Shown: positions 25,961-41,294 of the stretch, piece after piece
Position numbering within the stretch: position 1 is the first letter of the stretch
How the letters are laid out: each line of letters begins with the position of its first letter
DNA from: Octopus sinensis
Taxonomy: Eukaryota
Direction of reading: 5' to 3'
Assembly (NCBI RefSeq): GCF_006345805.1
Contig: NC_043007.1
Location: forward strand, 68,386,001 to 68,450,000
Length of the DNA: 64,000 bases
The notes under the pieces: generated by a model
What the model saw: the letters and a program-made list of their open reading frames with translations, nothing else
Told to the model about the DNA's origin: nothing
Database searches by the model: none
Position numbers and translations under genes: made by a program

Positions 25961-28071
25961 ATGACCCAATCCCACCAGCCGCACGGACAAATATGTTTTT
26001 GTTTCCAGAGCTGACGGTAACATATTTCAGTCTTCTGCTGTAGAGAGGTTATGTGCTCTCAGCCATTTGATGTGACGTGTAGTCTACATTGTCAAGCGTT
26101 TTATAGGTGCGAAACCAGTGCTCATACACACACACACATACATACACACACATATACATATGTATATATAAGATTTTCTTCAATCTACTTTAAGTAAAGC
26201 GGATTATCATATACCTCATGAACGGGGTGTGTTAATCTGCTATCTGCAACATTTTTCTTTTTTTATATAACATGACTATACCAAGGATTTTATTCCAAAA
26301 ACTTTACACACACACACACACACATACACCCTTATACAATCACAGGTACTATCATACACACAAAAATATGACTGAATGAAAAATACGCTAAGCAAGGAAA
26401 ACCTAAAAAATGGCAGCATTTGATAGCTGCATTGTTTTGCTATAACTGGATTTATTGCATCACAACTAATACATTCTTCGTCTTATGTTCCTCAGGTAAT
26501 AGTTCAAGTCCTCCAATACTACAATTATTTATGAAATAAATGAAGGAAATATTTTCCGTAGTGGTTGAAGATTCATGCACGGATTTGTCTTTTCTATTTT
26601 GTGTGTTATTTTCGTGCTTGTGTGTTCGTTTCTAAATCTGAATACATAAAGCGATATATTATATCTGTAGGACTTGCTAACAATCGATCACATAATTTTA
26701 GGATATGACTTTCTAATATTCTTTTCTTCAACGTATTCACTTGAATACATATGCATCTCATTCGTGAGTCTCTTTAAAATTACATGCAATAAAACGGAAG
26801 TGGATCACAGTTTCACTAGTGTTAACGTTTGCACGGAGTTTACATTTGAATATTTAAACGATCATATAACTGCACTCCCGTGTTTCCACTTTTATATATG
26901 AATATATAAAAGATCTTACATATCTGGAGATGAAAGACAGGCTTCTCAGTCGTTTCAGTGAAACCACAATTGTAAATGCTTGTGGAAATGCTCTCAGCAT
27001 TATGACTTGTTTGAAATAACGTGTTCTTTTGGATTAATACAAAGAATTTAATACAAGATAAATAGGTAAAAGTAGGTTACTTCATATTTAAACACCATAT
27101 AACGAATACCGTATTGTAACTGTTGCTATTAAGCCTACGTTATTTCATTTTAGAGTTCCCATTTGAATACTATTTCTATAGAACAAATGTCTTCATCACG
27201 TGTGTGTTTGTCAAAGCAACAATTCAACTCTTTATAAATATCTTGCTTGATAGACTTTATATACTTTATAAGCGTTTCTATTTGATAATTTAAATATTTC
27301 GTGGTTCGTTTGCGTATATTTCTTCTGTGTATACGTCTATCCGTTGTCAACTACAGCTAAATGTTCGTTCTCAGAAGGAAATCATTCTAACATCATTAGT
27401 TTTCGTTTAAGAAATGCTATATAGAGTTTGGTGCATTATTTCTATAAATGTTCTCACGAATAGAAAAATAACCCCATCTAGTTGTATTAGCGTCTAGACC
27501 CAATTTGCATTTTACACATACAGACACAGCCACACTCACACACGCGTTGTGGAAGCGCTTCTCTCAGAGGTGAGTAGTTAGAAAGATAGTTACTAGTCCT
27601 AATCACTACATATAGGCACATAATACTGAAAGAATCTGTACTCTTTATCGATACACATTTCCGTAATATACATGAAAACAAAACCACAAAGAAGTTTACA
27701 AGATTGCAGTACTGATATTTCGGTATTTCAGGGTCTACACATCTAAACACAAAGAGCATTGTATGACAGGAATAAGTAAGTTTTTTGACGACAAACTTGA
27801 AATCGCATGCCAGCGAAAGCTTTAAGGAGCAAGAGCCAAGTTGTTTGTTTATTTAATGTAAGTTGGGTATGTAAGAATTTGAATAAATTAGAGTCTTTAT
27901 TTTCTAAATGTCAAGTGCATTCCCAGCAACGCTTACATACTTACAAATCACCCCTGGTATTTAATGTCTCTTCATGTGTATTATCGGTGTATTCTGAACT
28001 AAATTCAGTCATATCTTTCTTAAACTATACGGTACTTACTTAAAATATATGCATTAGAATATAGGTCCTGA

Positions 28072-28275
<204 letters not shown>

Positions 28276-28964
28276 ATATATAAGAGTTGAAAATACTAGA
28301 CAATATATTTTGCAGAGTAATTATATCAAAACCGGAGATTAGAGGTTTTTCTGGTATTTTTTACTCACAATTACACGAGTTTTATTTGCTAATAAGAGTT
28401 ACAAAATTGTACGTGTAGTAGAAAACATGTAAGATATCTTTTAATTTAGACATTCGTAAGACAGAGAATCAAATAATACAAAATTTACTCTTGGATTATG
28501 TCTTTATATATATTTAGTAATCAGCAATCCTTTATATGGTTAGCGAGGATAAAAACATATCCGATAACACAGAAAAGACAGAGAGGGGAGAATTAGAGAA
28601 TGAGGAAACAAGTGTAAACATATATGCAATTCGATTTCAGCATACTGCACTTCTTCAGTATCAATTATCTACTAGCTAATGCATAGTCAGTCAAATTTAG
28701 TCTCTATGATATAGACAACTATGATTTGGTGATCAACAAATCTTTATATGCCTATACGAAAAACTTTATCAAAATATATCAGCAGATTTGTAGCTTTCTA
28801 CGACACATCCAATTTAAATAAATTATACGGAATGCTTTTGTGAACCAATTCTGTGTCCGTTGCTAGAAACGAATTTTGACACAGCCCGCCTGCTATTTGA
28901 GACACCAGTGATTTTTGGCTGTTTCTGTATGATGTATATATGCGATAATTTTATACAAGAGATG

Positions 28965-29340
28965 CAAGCATGGCTTCCCAACCACATATTTCCAGGTTCA
29001 GTACCACCGCATGACATTTTGGGCACGTGTACTCTACTATAGCTTCAGTCCCATAAAAGCCTTGTGAGTGGGTTTTGTAGACGGAAACTAAAAGAAGCCC
29101 ACCGTAATATAAATCTGTGTGTGTTTTTGTGTCAATTTGTACCCCACCCCTACTACTGCTTGACAACCGGTGTTGGTGTTTTCACGTCTGCGTAACTTAG
29201 TTTGGCATGAGAGACTAATAGAATAAATAACAGCTTTTAAAAAAAGCATAAATGTTGGGGAAGATTCATTCGACGAAATGTATTCTAAGGTGGTGCCCCA
29301 GCATGGCCGCAGTATAATGAGGGACACAAGTAAAAGATAA
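28965..29340 (+). mobile_element. SINE family B, old diverged copy
   Basis: caaccacat..ggttcagt.ccac..cttgtgagtgg.tt..gtagacggaaact.aaagaagcc..cagcatggccgcagt. Confidence 0.75.
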
Positions 29341-29387
29341 GAACACAAGGTCACAACTTGTAGATGGTTTGATATAATTGAGCAAGT

Positions 29388-29730
29388 CTCTGAGACCCCC
29401 TTCGGTCACGACACAGACCATGGGATTGCACCTAGAAAGTTACCCTCCCAGGCACAAGTCCGGGCAAAGTTGTTTATGGAAAACCAGCAGTTACCCATGC
29501 ATACCGGCCTTCCCTCTCCATGCCACCAGTGTTATCCAAGGGAAAGGCAAAGGCCGATACAGCTTGGCATCTGTGACGTCGCAACTCATTTCTACAGCTG
29601 AGTGAACTGGATCAACGTGAAATAAAGTGTCTTGCTCAAGAACACAATATGCTGCCCGGTCCAGGATTCGAGCTCACAACCTCATGATCATAAGCTCGAC
29701 GCTCTTACCACTGAGCCATGCGTCTTCACT
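29388..29730 (-). mobile_element. tRNA-derived CORE-like SINE family D (full length)
   Basis: Head TGGCTCAGTGGTAAGAGCG..GCTCGAATCC; TTGTGTTCTTGAGCAAGACACTT..CTCAGCTGTAGAAATG resembles the CORE domain. Confidence 0.8.
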
Positions 29731-30303
29731 TGAGCAGAGTAGATTATTGGTAAATCATTTTATTGACCTGAGGTGGATATGAAGCAATTCAATTCCAAAC
29801 CTGAAATGATTCATAATAAACTTAAAGTCGGAAAACCCGAGATAGAGCTAAAAATCGATTACATCAACCATGTACTTGACTGGCACGTTATTTCATCGAT
29901 TCAGTAAGGATAAAAATCAAAGTTGATCTCTGCAGGATTTGAACACGGAATGTAAAAAAGCCGAAAGTAACACTGCAAAGCATTTTTTCCCGACGCTCTA
30001 ACGATTCTGGTAAACAAATCACAGCCCTTCCACATAGGGAATACCGCAAGATATTTTGTGCCTTACTTTGACAAATTTTGCTTTCACCCGTTCCTCCATT
30101 TAGATACAAATATCCACACATGCATACAGACACACAGTACTATGTAACAAGCGTTAGACAACAAATATTTTATGCGTTGTGGGGCATAATAAATGCAAGT
30201 AACAACAGCGGCATAACGAAATAAAAACATTACACGGCCAGGAATTGAACTGAGAACATAAAAAGACGAAATAAAATACAGAGAGGTATTTTGTCTATAT
30301 ATA

Positions 30304-30345
<42 letters not shown>

Positions 30346-30879
30346 TATCCAATTCACCGACCACCACCCGACTCAACTCGTTGCGTTTCATTATAAAGAG
30401 TATATTGTGGAAAGAACTTTAATTAAATTTCTGATAATCACAGAAATGTATGAACCGTTTTTAAATATCTTGTCACAAATAATGTGTCTTCTATTCTTGA
30501 GAACTCATACTTAATGTTATTGATATTCAAGTAGGTGGAAAAATATTTTTTAACATAAAGAAAAATACAAAACACAAACGAGCATACACACATTTATCTA
30601 TCTTCTCTTCCTCTAAAATCTAATTTCTCACCAATTGCCCACATAATGTGTTGTACTTCTGTCCATTCTCTGCAATTTCAATGTGAAATTCATACAGCTG
30701 TTTGCTCATATATATGCAATTTTCTAATTTATTATTCCATTAAAGATAACGAAAATGTTATTTCACGTGACAAATTCAGGTGCAACACAGGAACAACCAT
30801 TCCCATCTGAAAGAAAAGAGTGAGAAACTCATAACGTATAGAAAACACACCACCTGTCTTCGTCTTATATATATATATA

Positions 30880-31165
30880 TAAGGAGAATTCACAAAAAAG
30901 CATCCACTATGGGATATCAGTTATCCAATATACTGGTGGTGAAGCACCCAAAAGGCAAATACATAAATGCTTATAATTGCAATGCAATTAATAATAGGTA
31001 GAATGAGATACCTTATCTACGGGCTGAAACAGCCGTAAGATCCATTTTATGTCTATATTGTTTTATTTTGTTGGATTTAGATGTTCCTATTTATATAGTT
31101 AATAAATAATATGAATTGGTAATATCTGTAAGCCGATGATTGAAATGAATCTATTCCTCCATTTT
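30880..31165 (+). mobile_element. Probable PLE 3' fragment between (TA)n tracts
   Basis: 3' half-HHR GAAA cagccg TA agat at 31026-31041 followed by a T-rich tail. Confidence 0.45.
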
Positions 31166-31171
31166 CTTATT

Positions 31172-31258
<87 letters not shown>

Positions 31259-31287
31259 GTATTTATAACTATGTATATATATACGTA

Positions 31288-31712
31288 TAGGCGCAGGGGT
31301 GGCTGTGTGGTAAGTAGCTTGCTAACCAACCACATGGTTCCGGGTTCAGTCCCACTGCGTGGCATCTTGGGCAAGTGTCTTCTACTATAGCCTCGGGCCG
31401 ACCAATGCCTTGTGAGTGGATTTCGTAGACGGAAACTGAAAGAAGCCTGTCGTATATATGTATGTATGTATGTATGTGTGTGTGTGTATGTGTTTGTGTG
31501 TCTGTGTTTGTCCCCCTAGCATTGCTTGACAACCGATGCTGGTGTGTTTACGTCCCCGTCACCTAGCGGTTCGGCAAAAGAGACCGATAGTATAAGTACT
31601 GGGCTTACAAAGAATAAGTCCCGGGGTCGATTTACTCGACTAAAGGCGGTGCTCCAGCATGGCCGCAGTCAAATTACTGAAACAAGTAAAAGAGTAAAAG
31701 AGTAAAAGAGAG
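31288..31712 (+). mobile_element. SINE family B (full length)
   Basis: Near-identical to the reverse complement of 6599-7011. Confidence 0.9.
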
Positions 31713-31989
31713 TATATGCATCTGTGATTTTATTTTTGATACATGTTAATGAAGATATATCCTTCGTTTTGCTGCTTTTCTTTCTACGAAATGAAAAGAT
31801 TCACTGCGGAACTGTTATTTTAACGATGTGACGTATCAGCACCACCGGATACTCCTGAACCAATTGTTAAGTGTTCCCCTCGTGAGGGATCAATTCTAGA
31901 TGTGTCGAAATAATTGTCGTGACTAATAAATTCTTGTATATTCCATCTTCTGTTTTCTTTTATCATATATATATATATATATATATAAT

Positions 31990-32247
31990 ATTAATTAAGG
32001 GTAGAAATTGATATTTATCAATTAAAACCAGTGGTCTAGCATATTAAAAAAGGACTGAACACGAAAAGTGGACAGTGAAGATGTTAGATATAGTCGTCAA
32101 ATCGCTATTCTCCACAAAATATTATGTTCTCAAATCAAACTCAAACTGAGTTTGATTTGAGAACATAATCTTTTGTGGAGAATAGCGATTTGACGTCTAT
32201 ATCTAGCATGTTGACTGTCCGCTTTTCGTGTTCAGTCCTTAATTGAT
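31990..32247. repeat. Fold-back palindrome (approx. 100-bp arms) in (TA)n
   Basis: Arms 32043-32142 and 32147-32243, 4-nt loop. Confidence 0.9.
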
Positions 32248-32264
32248 ATATATATATGTATATA

Positions 32265-32377
<113 letters not shown>

Positions 32378-32711
32378 AATCATAACAACAATAATACGGG
32401 CAATCCCGCGTTACGGCTACTTCAGGTTCCCATATTTTGGGCTTGCAGAAGTTTTAAAGTATGATACGGTCTATAATTTCGGTCTTACGGAAACTGATAA
32501 CGGGTAGTTTTAAATCGTTGATAATTTAAAACCACACTTTCTTTTTAACATTAAAGTATATAATTAACGGTTTTGAAAAACTACCAATGAACACATATAA
32601 ACACATGTATATACATACATATGTATGTGTGTATATATATATATGAATGTGTTTGTATGTATATTTGTATGTATGCATGCATACATGTATGTATGTGTGC
32701 ATGCATGTATA

Positions 32712-33400
32712 TTCATCTTGGCACGAAAAAGCCTATGATCAGTCCAGCTCTCTGCACCACGCATTACTAGTACAATAGCAAAGTCCCTAGTATCTAGTTT
32801 CTTGGTGTGAATGTAATCTATAAGATGCCATTTCTTATAACCAGAGTGCCTCCATGTCGTTTTATACTTATTCTTTAATCGAAACGTTGTATTCATGGCA
32901 CACAAATCCATCTCTATGCACATGTGTAACAGTAGCAAACCATTACTGTTGGAACTTCTAGCCCAATGCTTTCCTAGGACACCAATCTTCACTAATCCGA
33001 GCATTAAAATCGCCTAAACTTACAACTTTGTCATCAGTGGGGATACTGCGTATAATCAGTGTAAGTGATAAATAGAAGGCAAGTTTAACATCCTCTGATG
33101 GATTCATAGGTGGAGCATATGTAGTTATGGGTGTTGCCAATCGATGTTTTCTTAATGGAAGTCTTAAAGACATTAAACAATCCGAATGACCACATGGTAG
33201 TTCCACAAGTTTTGAAGCCAAAGTGGTTTTGATAGCAAATCCCACTCCTGATTCTCTCTTATAGATCTCCTTTCTACCTTCTCTCTATTTAGGTCTCCAA
33301 AAAAGATGATACCCAGATGATTTCTATACGTGAGTCTTAGTAAGATTATCACACCTGACGTGCTATTGGCAAGACCATAACTTTATACGAAACGCAAGGT
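32712..33400 (-). mobile_element. RTE-clade LINE, AP-endonuclease remnant
   Basis: GVGFAIK..LMSLRLPL..YAPP..FY..LGDFNARI; NSNGLLLL..NTTF..TTWRH..WHLIDYI..WTDHRL. Confidence 0.85.
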
Positions 33401-33599
33401 TGCACAATAGGGGTAGGGCTCGTGCCCTAAAACACAAAATGAAAAAATAAACTCTCAGACAGATGTGGTGGCAGGGGTTTGTCTTGGCAGCACAACAGCA
33501 ATGCATTCTTTGGCTGGCCGTAACGAGCTCCTGTTACGCGGCAACGAGTGTATGTGTATAGCTTTCCAGCAACACCAGCTCGTCTGATACTATCAAAGC

Positions 33600-34540
33600 C
33601 GGAAACGGACTGAAGTACCAACCACATACTACGACTCAATAAGCGTTTGCAGGAGACGCAAATTGCCTGGTTTTGATGGTCAGTTTTAATTTCTTTTCCG
33701 AATTCATGACAGATTTGTTCGGTTACCTTTTGGTAGATGTCTACGATAACAGACAGAAGATCAGAAGAAATCCAGATTCTGAGAGCTGAAGAATAGAAAA
33801 ATTGTTGATACTGACGTCGATAAGGGGTGGGGAGTGGCTTCGTAAATAATTTTTGCCAAATCATTCCACCCTGTTGGACACAAGTTTTAAGATTGGCGTT
33901 TGTTGTAAGTGGACTAGTTGGGGAAGTCGAAAAATCGTGATTCGAAACAGGTTCATCTGAAACATCAGAGACAGGACTGGAAAAAAAGCTGATGTGATAG
34001 ATACTGTTATCATTTCGAATCACATGTTTTCTCCGTCAAGGATGTCTCCTCTCTGGCCATTTCTATATATTCTGGCTCTCAAGCCACTGTTGCTGAAGTT
34101 GGAATAGTTAAAGAATATCTCAGTGGAACACAGGGATCATGTCGAAGTAAGCATACGCTGTCACTGTCTAAGTGTCTGATGCCAACGATGTGCACGTCGT
34201 TGACATCACTGTAAAGGAATACGACGGGAATTTATGGTCTAAATTCAACTCGAACAAATCAGTGTGCTTGCAATTCGGCACCTGGACAGACGAACCCATG
34301 GCAGCGGACAGCGTGATGTTGCATCGGGCCGAATAGTTGACATCCTGACATTCACCTGAGCCGTAACTCGGATGAGCAAACAAGCTGGGTGACCAGTTTT
34401 ATTTGAAAATAGGCCCAATGGCTGCGTGCAGAGGTTATCATTTATTCCCTCAGTTACGTGGCCTGCACCTATTCGTAGAACGCCTGCTCTTCCACTTGAG
34501 GAAGGTATATCATGGAATGATCAGCTTGTTCATCCACCAG
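33600..34540 (+). mobile_element. Decayed Tx1/L1-clade LINE RT remnant
   Basis: Frameshifted PGFDG..MTDLFGYLLVDVY; RQGCLLS..FLYILALKPLLLKL; AYA..VTV; KEYDG..KFNSNKSVCLQFGTW. Confidence 0.65.
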
Positions 34541-34589
34541 TTTCATGATGATCTAACCATACGAATGATGTATAAATGCATGTACATAT

Positions 34590-34737
34590 CTTATTTCTTT
34601 ATTGCTCACAAGTGGCTAAACATAGAGGGGACAAACAAGAAAAGACAAAGAGATTAAGTTGATTACATCGACACCAGTGCGTAACTGGTACTTAATTTAT
34701 CGACCCCGAAAGAATGAAAGGCAAAGTCGACCTCGGC
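34590..34737 (-). mobile_element. SINE family C 3' part
   Basis: Matches 12005-12150. Confidence 0.75.
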
Positions 34738-34772
34738 TATATATTTATAAGAGTATATATATATTTATAAGA

Positions 34773-34806
<34 letters not shown>

Positions 34807-37092
34807 TCACACACACACATATATATATATATATGCATGTATATAAATACACACACGTGTGTGCGTGTACTTGTACACATACATATATATATATATTCAT
34901 ATGTATGCACGTATACATATATTTATATCTACACACATATATGCATGTATGCACATATATAAATGTATGCATATATATACAGACACATAGAATCACACAC
35001 ACATAATTCTACTTCCTTTTGTTTATATTTCATCTGAATTTTTGTTCGGTTATTTTCTTTTCACGCTTTTTATTTTCATGTGAGGAGAAAAAAACTTTTG
35101 GTTTATAATTTAAAATTTCTACTTATTTGATTATAACATATAAGTATTTACTGAAGTATTTATAAAATAAACATCGATTATACGCCTCGGTACATGTTCT
35201 GCAATTTATGAAAAAAGTATTAGAAATAATTTTTTTGCTCTGCAATACCTTTATGAAAATTATTGATATAAATTATGTTCAATTGGGTGCAATTTAAATA
35301 CGAACCCATTGGGTGGGTATCACAGATTTAGTTTTTATCTTCATAGAGATTATGATGATTTTTGAAGCGAGGGCATGAAATAATGGATTGGTTGGATGTA
35401 ATATACAATGTTGTGATTATCATTTTCTGGTCGCCCGATATGCTAGAAATAAACTTTCAGCATCCCTCATATCACACCATACCTTCTTTACAAAATGTGA
35501 AGGCCAGCTCATATTAAATAATGTTCGTGACTGTGATGTCTTTTATTATAGGCATGTACTATCAAGATTCGACCTCGTACTAAATTTATTTTATTGACTC
35601 TGAATTGACCAACTCATAAGATCTTAGAAGAGAATATCCCGCGGCATTTCTTCTGGTTTCTTGCGTTCTACGTTCAAGCCCTCTTGAAGAAAACACTGCC
35701 ATCATTCTTCCTGGATTGATAAAATGAATAAATAGCCTAGAACAACAGATGCATATAATTGCTGCATTGATTTGCTGTATTTATTTCACCGCCCTATATT
35801 ATGTCTTCTTAGTGTTACTTGCCCTACAAATACTATCACTGGGTTGTTGAAGACCTTCAACCAGATTTACTCATGAAGCATTCGGATCTATTCTCCAGGC
35901 TTACGAGAAATAATCTTTACTTTTTCTTACAATCCCAGTTACCGTGACCCTAAAAACAAATTACCTATACTTACAGCTTCCCTCTGACAAAACGGTAAAA
36001 TAACATAGAGTCTACCACCATATGTGGATATAAATGACAATTTCTTTCAATTACGGTCTTTCAAATGGTTCCAACCTTTCAAGCTATTTGTGTTCCTTAA
36101 TCAACTCAGGAAGATAGCAGAAAAACAAAACAAAACATTGTACACTCAGATCTAAGATGAAGGCAATAAATATACAAGATCGCTTGGAAAATGAATTTGC
36201 TCACCCACAGAGTACCAATACCAACTTGACTTTCAATTTCAAACCTATTAAGCATTGACTACAACACCTTTGAACACTCTAGTCTGAAGTGATACTCAGC
36301 GTAGCTCGACAAATTTTGATATAATGAATATATTTATCCATACCGCGCTAAATATTGACTTCTATATCATATAATGTTTAAATTATACAAACTATATTTA
36401 GACGACAAGCTGTTAGAATCATTAGCTCTGTAAGCAAATGCTTAGCGGCATTTCGACTGTGTGTACGTTCTGGGTTACTATTGTAAGGTGTTATAAAGAG
36501 TTACTTTATAACTCTTTCATTGCAATCTCTCCAGCTTTGTTCTCAAAAGACATCAAAAGCTTCTAAAATATTATTATTCTCCCGACTCCAGGAATAAGTT
36601 AAAATGGTTTCTGAATTCAGACCCAACGAGCATGTTACGCAATCATTTAGAGGGAGAGTAATACCAAATATTTATCTGTAATCATAAATTTTCAACCTGT
36701 TTCTTAGATCCACTGGTTTATCTAGAATTGGCTGTATAGAATTGGTAGTTCTTACCACACAACTTGATTTCCAAATATACCTAAAAATGGTGAACTATCT
36801 GAGAGGTACGGATTTATGATCCGATTTTATCGGTACTAGTAACTTTTAATTCAGCGAACTCTCAGTTCTCCATAGCTCTTGGAGGGTGTATTATCTATGA
36901 AAACATCTCCCTGAAATAAATTGCCAGTTTCCAATGCATTTGGCTTTTAGGCAGCAAAGTTATACATTTCGGCATTTGCCCGATAGTGTTTATCTAAATA
37001 AAAGATGTACAGAAGTCTTTTTGTAGATGGTATTAAACACACTTGCATGTGCACACACCCACGGATATATTCAATCCCATGCATTCAAGCGC

Positions 37093-37215
37093 ATACATAC
37101 ATACATACATACATACATACATACATACATACATACATACATACATACATACATGCATACATGCATACATACATACATACATACATACATACATACATAC
37201 ATACATACATACACA
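37093..37215. repeat. (ACAT)n microsatellite
   Basis: Direct reading. Confidence 0.95.
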
Positions 37216-37499
37216 CATACATGTATATGTGCATGTGTGTGCTTTCTGTATGTATGTATGTATGTATATTACAGTATCACTCATTGATTCATCTTCTTAA
37301 TTCTGTGCGAACAGAATCCTTATAATATCGAAAAAACGCTTTCAACTTAATTATTTATGTTCTTCACGTTCTTCAGAAGTCCTGTCGGGGTCAATACTCC
37401 CTTTCATCGATAAAATAAAGTATCAGTGAATCAATGGTGTCATTTTTAACGACTAACGCCCTCCATCGTATTTCAGACTTTGAAGCAATACGACAAACG

Positions 37500-38770
37500 A
37501 TTATACTTTGGGGACGTCAGATTTTTAGGTCATTTTTTAATGAATTTAGGAATGAAGAACTGTATTTGAAAACAAATTGGTGCAAATAAACCTGAGAATC
37601 CTTTTATCACACCTGTTTAATGAATCCAGCAATAGCTTCTTCAATACGGGGTCGGAAATGTTGACATGTCCAATTAAGATATTTTTTTACAGTTATGGAA
37701 ATAGTGTCGTTATGGAGAAATTGAGAAATTGTATGGTGCTATGGCGGTGTTAATTGACTTCTCTCTCTCTCTCGCTCTCACTTTGCTGCGATTTTAAAGC
37801 AACGATTCCAGCAAGATTTTTCCTTTGTAGTGTCAGTCTGATGTGTGACATTATTTATCTGAAAAGTAAGGTAAAATAACAAAGTTAGAAGAAAGTTAGA
37901 GCTCTTGAAGAGAGGGCCCTGAAAATACTGACGCACTCGGTATTGCTTTATATACCTCTGTATTACACTCCACATGTAATAGTGCAGTGGATTGAGGTTT
38001 GAAAAGCTAGGATGGCATGTATCTAGGAGAACATGATCATGGGGATTGACACCCATTCGTGCTTGGGTCGTCTTAGCGTTCTGAGACGGTGCAGAGTAGA
38101 AAGATCTTCCGTTGCGTACTCTGTTTATCTAGGGCTTCACAAATTTCTCCAACCCCTCTACGTAGACAGCGGCATTGACTTCTAAGTCCCGTGGAAAAAG
38201 TAAGGAAACATGACATCTTCCTTGGAACTGACAACTGCCCAAACTACCACAGTTATGGGAAACTTAGTATGCATGACTACTGGAACCGCAACCGGGTTTC
38301 TGCATAACAATCAGTTCTTCCTTCTGTCTAAGATTTGGTCCTGATGAAGTTTTTCACATCAAAGAATAACTAAATCATTCCCTTTTCTTGCTGTTTTAAA
38401 TTGCTTAGCAAGCGCTATGCATGGATCGAAGTATTCTCTCTCATCACGTTCGACACAAAATGAGCCCTCCACATTACATACAACTTGTACCGGATGTCCG
38501 CATGCACAGCACTTCTGAAGGTTCATTCTGAAATTGTGAAGACATTTTCCATGGCTCTGATATTCTCAACCGAGTATTTCTTGGATTGTATGCTTTAATG
38601 ATATTAGGACCCTGTGCATGCGTTTAGTGTTAAGCTGCTTGTGTTGGATCCCCGTCAGCAGCCCCTACTTCCTTTCGAGCTTTGACAACGAAGGATGGGA
38701 GAGATTTCAGAAAGCTAGCTATTTTCTATTACTATGCAGTGTTTTTAAGGCAAGGATTACAGCATGTCTA
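37500..38770 (-). mobile_element. Decayed mariner/maT-like transposon
   Basis: VPVVMHTKFPITVVVWAVVSSKEDVMFP..VNAAVYVEGLE..SNLNPLHYYMWSVIQR; related to 18750-19178. Confidence 0.75.
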
Positions 38771-39203
38771 TTTGTTGATTCAACATGATGTCTCATATTA
38801 TTTCTCTTAAAAGTAAGATAAAATAACTACGAAGAAAGTTAAAGTTCTTGAAAGACGTGTCTTCAAAATACTGATACACCTTGTTTTGTTTTTGCATAAG
38901 AATCTGTAAATCTTTCTTTCTCTCTTTATATATGTGTGTGTATGTGTGGTGTGTGTGTGTGTGCGTGTATGTATATATATGTATATAAATACACACAAAC
39001 ATACACACATACATATATAAATACGTACATGCATACACACACACATACACCTACACACACATATATATATATTGAGACAAACATGCACACACACGCGCAC
39101 GTACACACAGAGTCATGGATTGGATCCTTTTTATTTTGTTTGTTCTACCCAAGTAAGCATATGTGAATGTACGTATGCCTGTCTATATGTGTGTTTATTT
39201 ACA

Positions 39204-39276
<73 letters not shown>

Positions 39277-39580
39277 TATATATATAGATAAATATAGATA
39301 CATGTACATACATATTATGTGTGCGTGTGTGCATATGTGACTATTTGAATGTAAATTTATAAGAACAAAGGTGCTTGTGTGTAGGTGTTTGTGCGGTGTG
39401 TGTGTGTGTGAGTGCTTGCATATTTGTGTTGTGATTTTTCCCTGTGTCAATGTGCGTCCTGCAGAAACTTATAGTTAGGTAATCTGCATATCTCTTCTTA
39501 AAATTGTGTACACTAGTTCTGTTTCCTTTTTCGAATTTTCTATGAATACAGGAATCAAAACAATAGGAAATAATAATAAT

Positions 39581-39651
<71 letters not shown>

Positions 39652-39755
39652 GAAGAAGAAGAAGAAGAAGAAGAAAAGAATAAAATATCCAGCTTCGTGA
39701 AGCTAGGAATAAAATACAAGAAGTACAAAAGTATCTGCACTTCATATAGCTGCTA

Positions 39756-39848
<93 letters not shown>

Positions 39849-40929
39849 CATGTGTGCAATCATGGCATGTGTGTACGTATGTATTCTTTGCATTTTCTGT
39901 TTAGCTTTCCAAAAACGAATATTGGTCACGAAACAATTCAACATAGAGGACTGTATCGGAAGGTTGAATATTTAAATTTCTATCGTGTCGTTAAATATCA
40001 TGTAACGATACAATATGGCGTCACTGAATAACTGAATAACTGGCGCGTTTTATTTGCTGGAGCGTTATCTTATGCCACTGAATACGTTAGTTTGTGGTCA
40101 ATGCATCTCGGAAAAAATATTTGCTTAATAAAAATGTTGTAGGAGAAAAAGGTCATCATGCGATAGTCAACAATTACAGCGGAGTAATACATTTCTTGGG
40201 TTTCTAAATATTGTTGCCGTTTTTTCTTTTTCGTTTATGTTGCTTTATTTTCTTTGATTTTTTTCAGTTATTTTATTTGATTTTTTTTCATTCATTGTCT
40301 ATCGTCGTCGCTGTTGATGGTATTTCACGTCATTCTTTATATTTATTTCTTAAGCCTCAATGATAAAAAGACATAATCAATCTGAGGAAAAATGAAGAAA
40401 AAAGGTAAAATAACTAGAACATCCTCTTTCGTATATGGTAAGGCAGTAATAACATTTGAATTCTTGTCTCATGCATTTGTGGAGGACTATAAGATTCGTT
40501 TGGCATTGCTTAAGAACATATTGGCAAGTCGTGACATTGCTTTCAGCTTTAGCATTTGGTTTTCCTATATAGCGCGTATGCCATATTTTTCATGTTTTAT
40601 GATATTTATTTCTATGATAAATTCTTTATTTGTGGTAGACATATATTTCTATTATGAGCAAAAATCAGACTTCCTTTTGCCATTACATAGCTTTACTTTA
40701 TTTATTTCATATAGCAAGTGGTGAACAAGTACCTCGATGATTACAGACCTCCAACGAACCAATCACTGGTTTACTGCATTTCTAACCTTCAGGGCGACAA
40801 GGAGACACCTGTAATTATGTGCGGGACAGATAAGGCTACAAATCACGTTTGCAAAACACCAATGTTTACGGATTCCTACAGCGGTATATATCAGTTAGTG
40901 ATGTACCTGCTCGGTTTCTGTTTCATTCA

Positions 40930-40974
<45 letters not shown>

Positions 40975-41053
40975 TCGTGTATGTGTGTGTGTGTATGTGT
41001 ATGTCTGTGTATGTGTGCGTGCGTCTGTGTGTATATAATATATATAATATATA

Positions 41054-41098
<45 letters not shown>

Positions 41099-41294
41099 AT
41101 TTATATATAAAATTGTAAATTCTTGTTGTACTGGAAGCTGAGGTCAGCAACACAGAGTAAACTGTAATCTCCTAGTCACTGTCAAGTTGATATATTTTCA
41201 TTCTTAAAAACACTTATATTTTTAGATATATGGTTTTTTTTATGCAAGCTGTCAAATTTAGCTCGAACGCACCATGTTTATATATATATATATA

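Noticed and set aside
33427-34023. 198-aa minus-strand ORF
   Set aside because: Largely the antisense shadow of the plus-strand Tx1/L1 RT remnant
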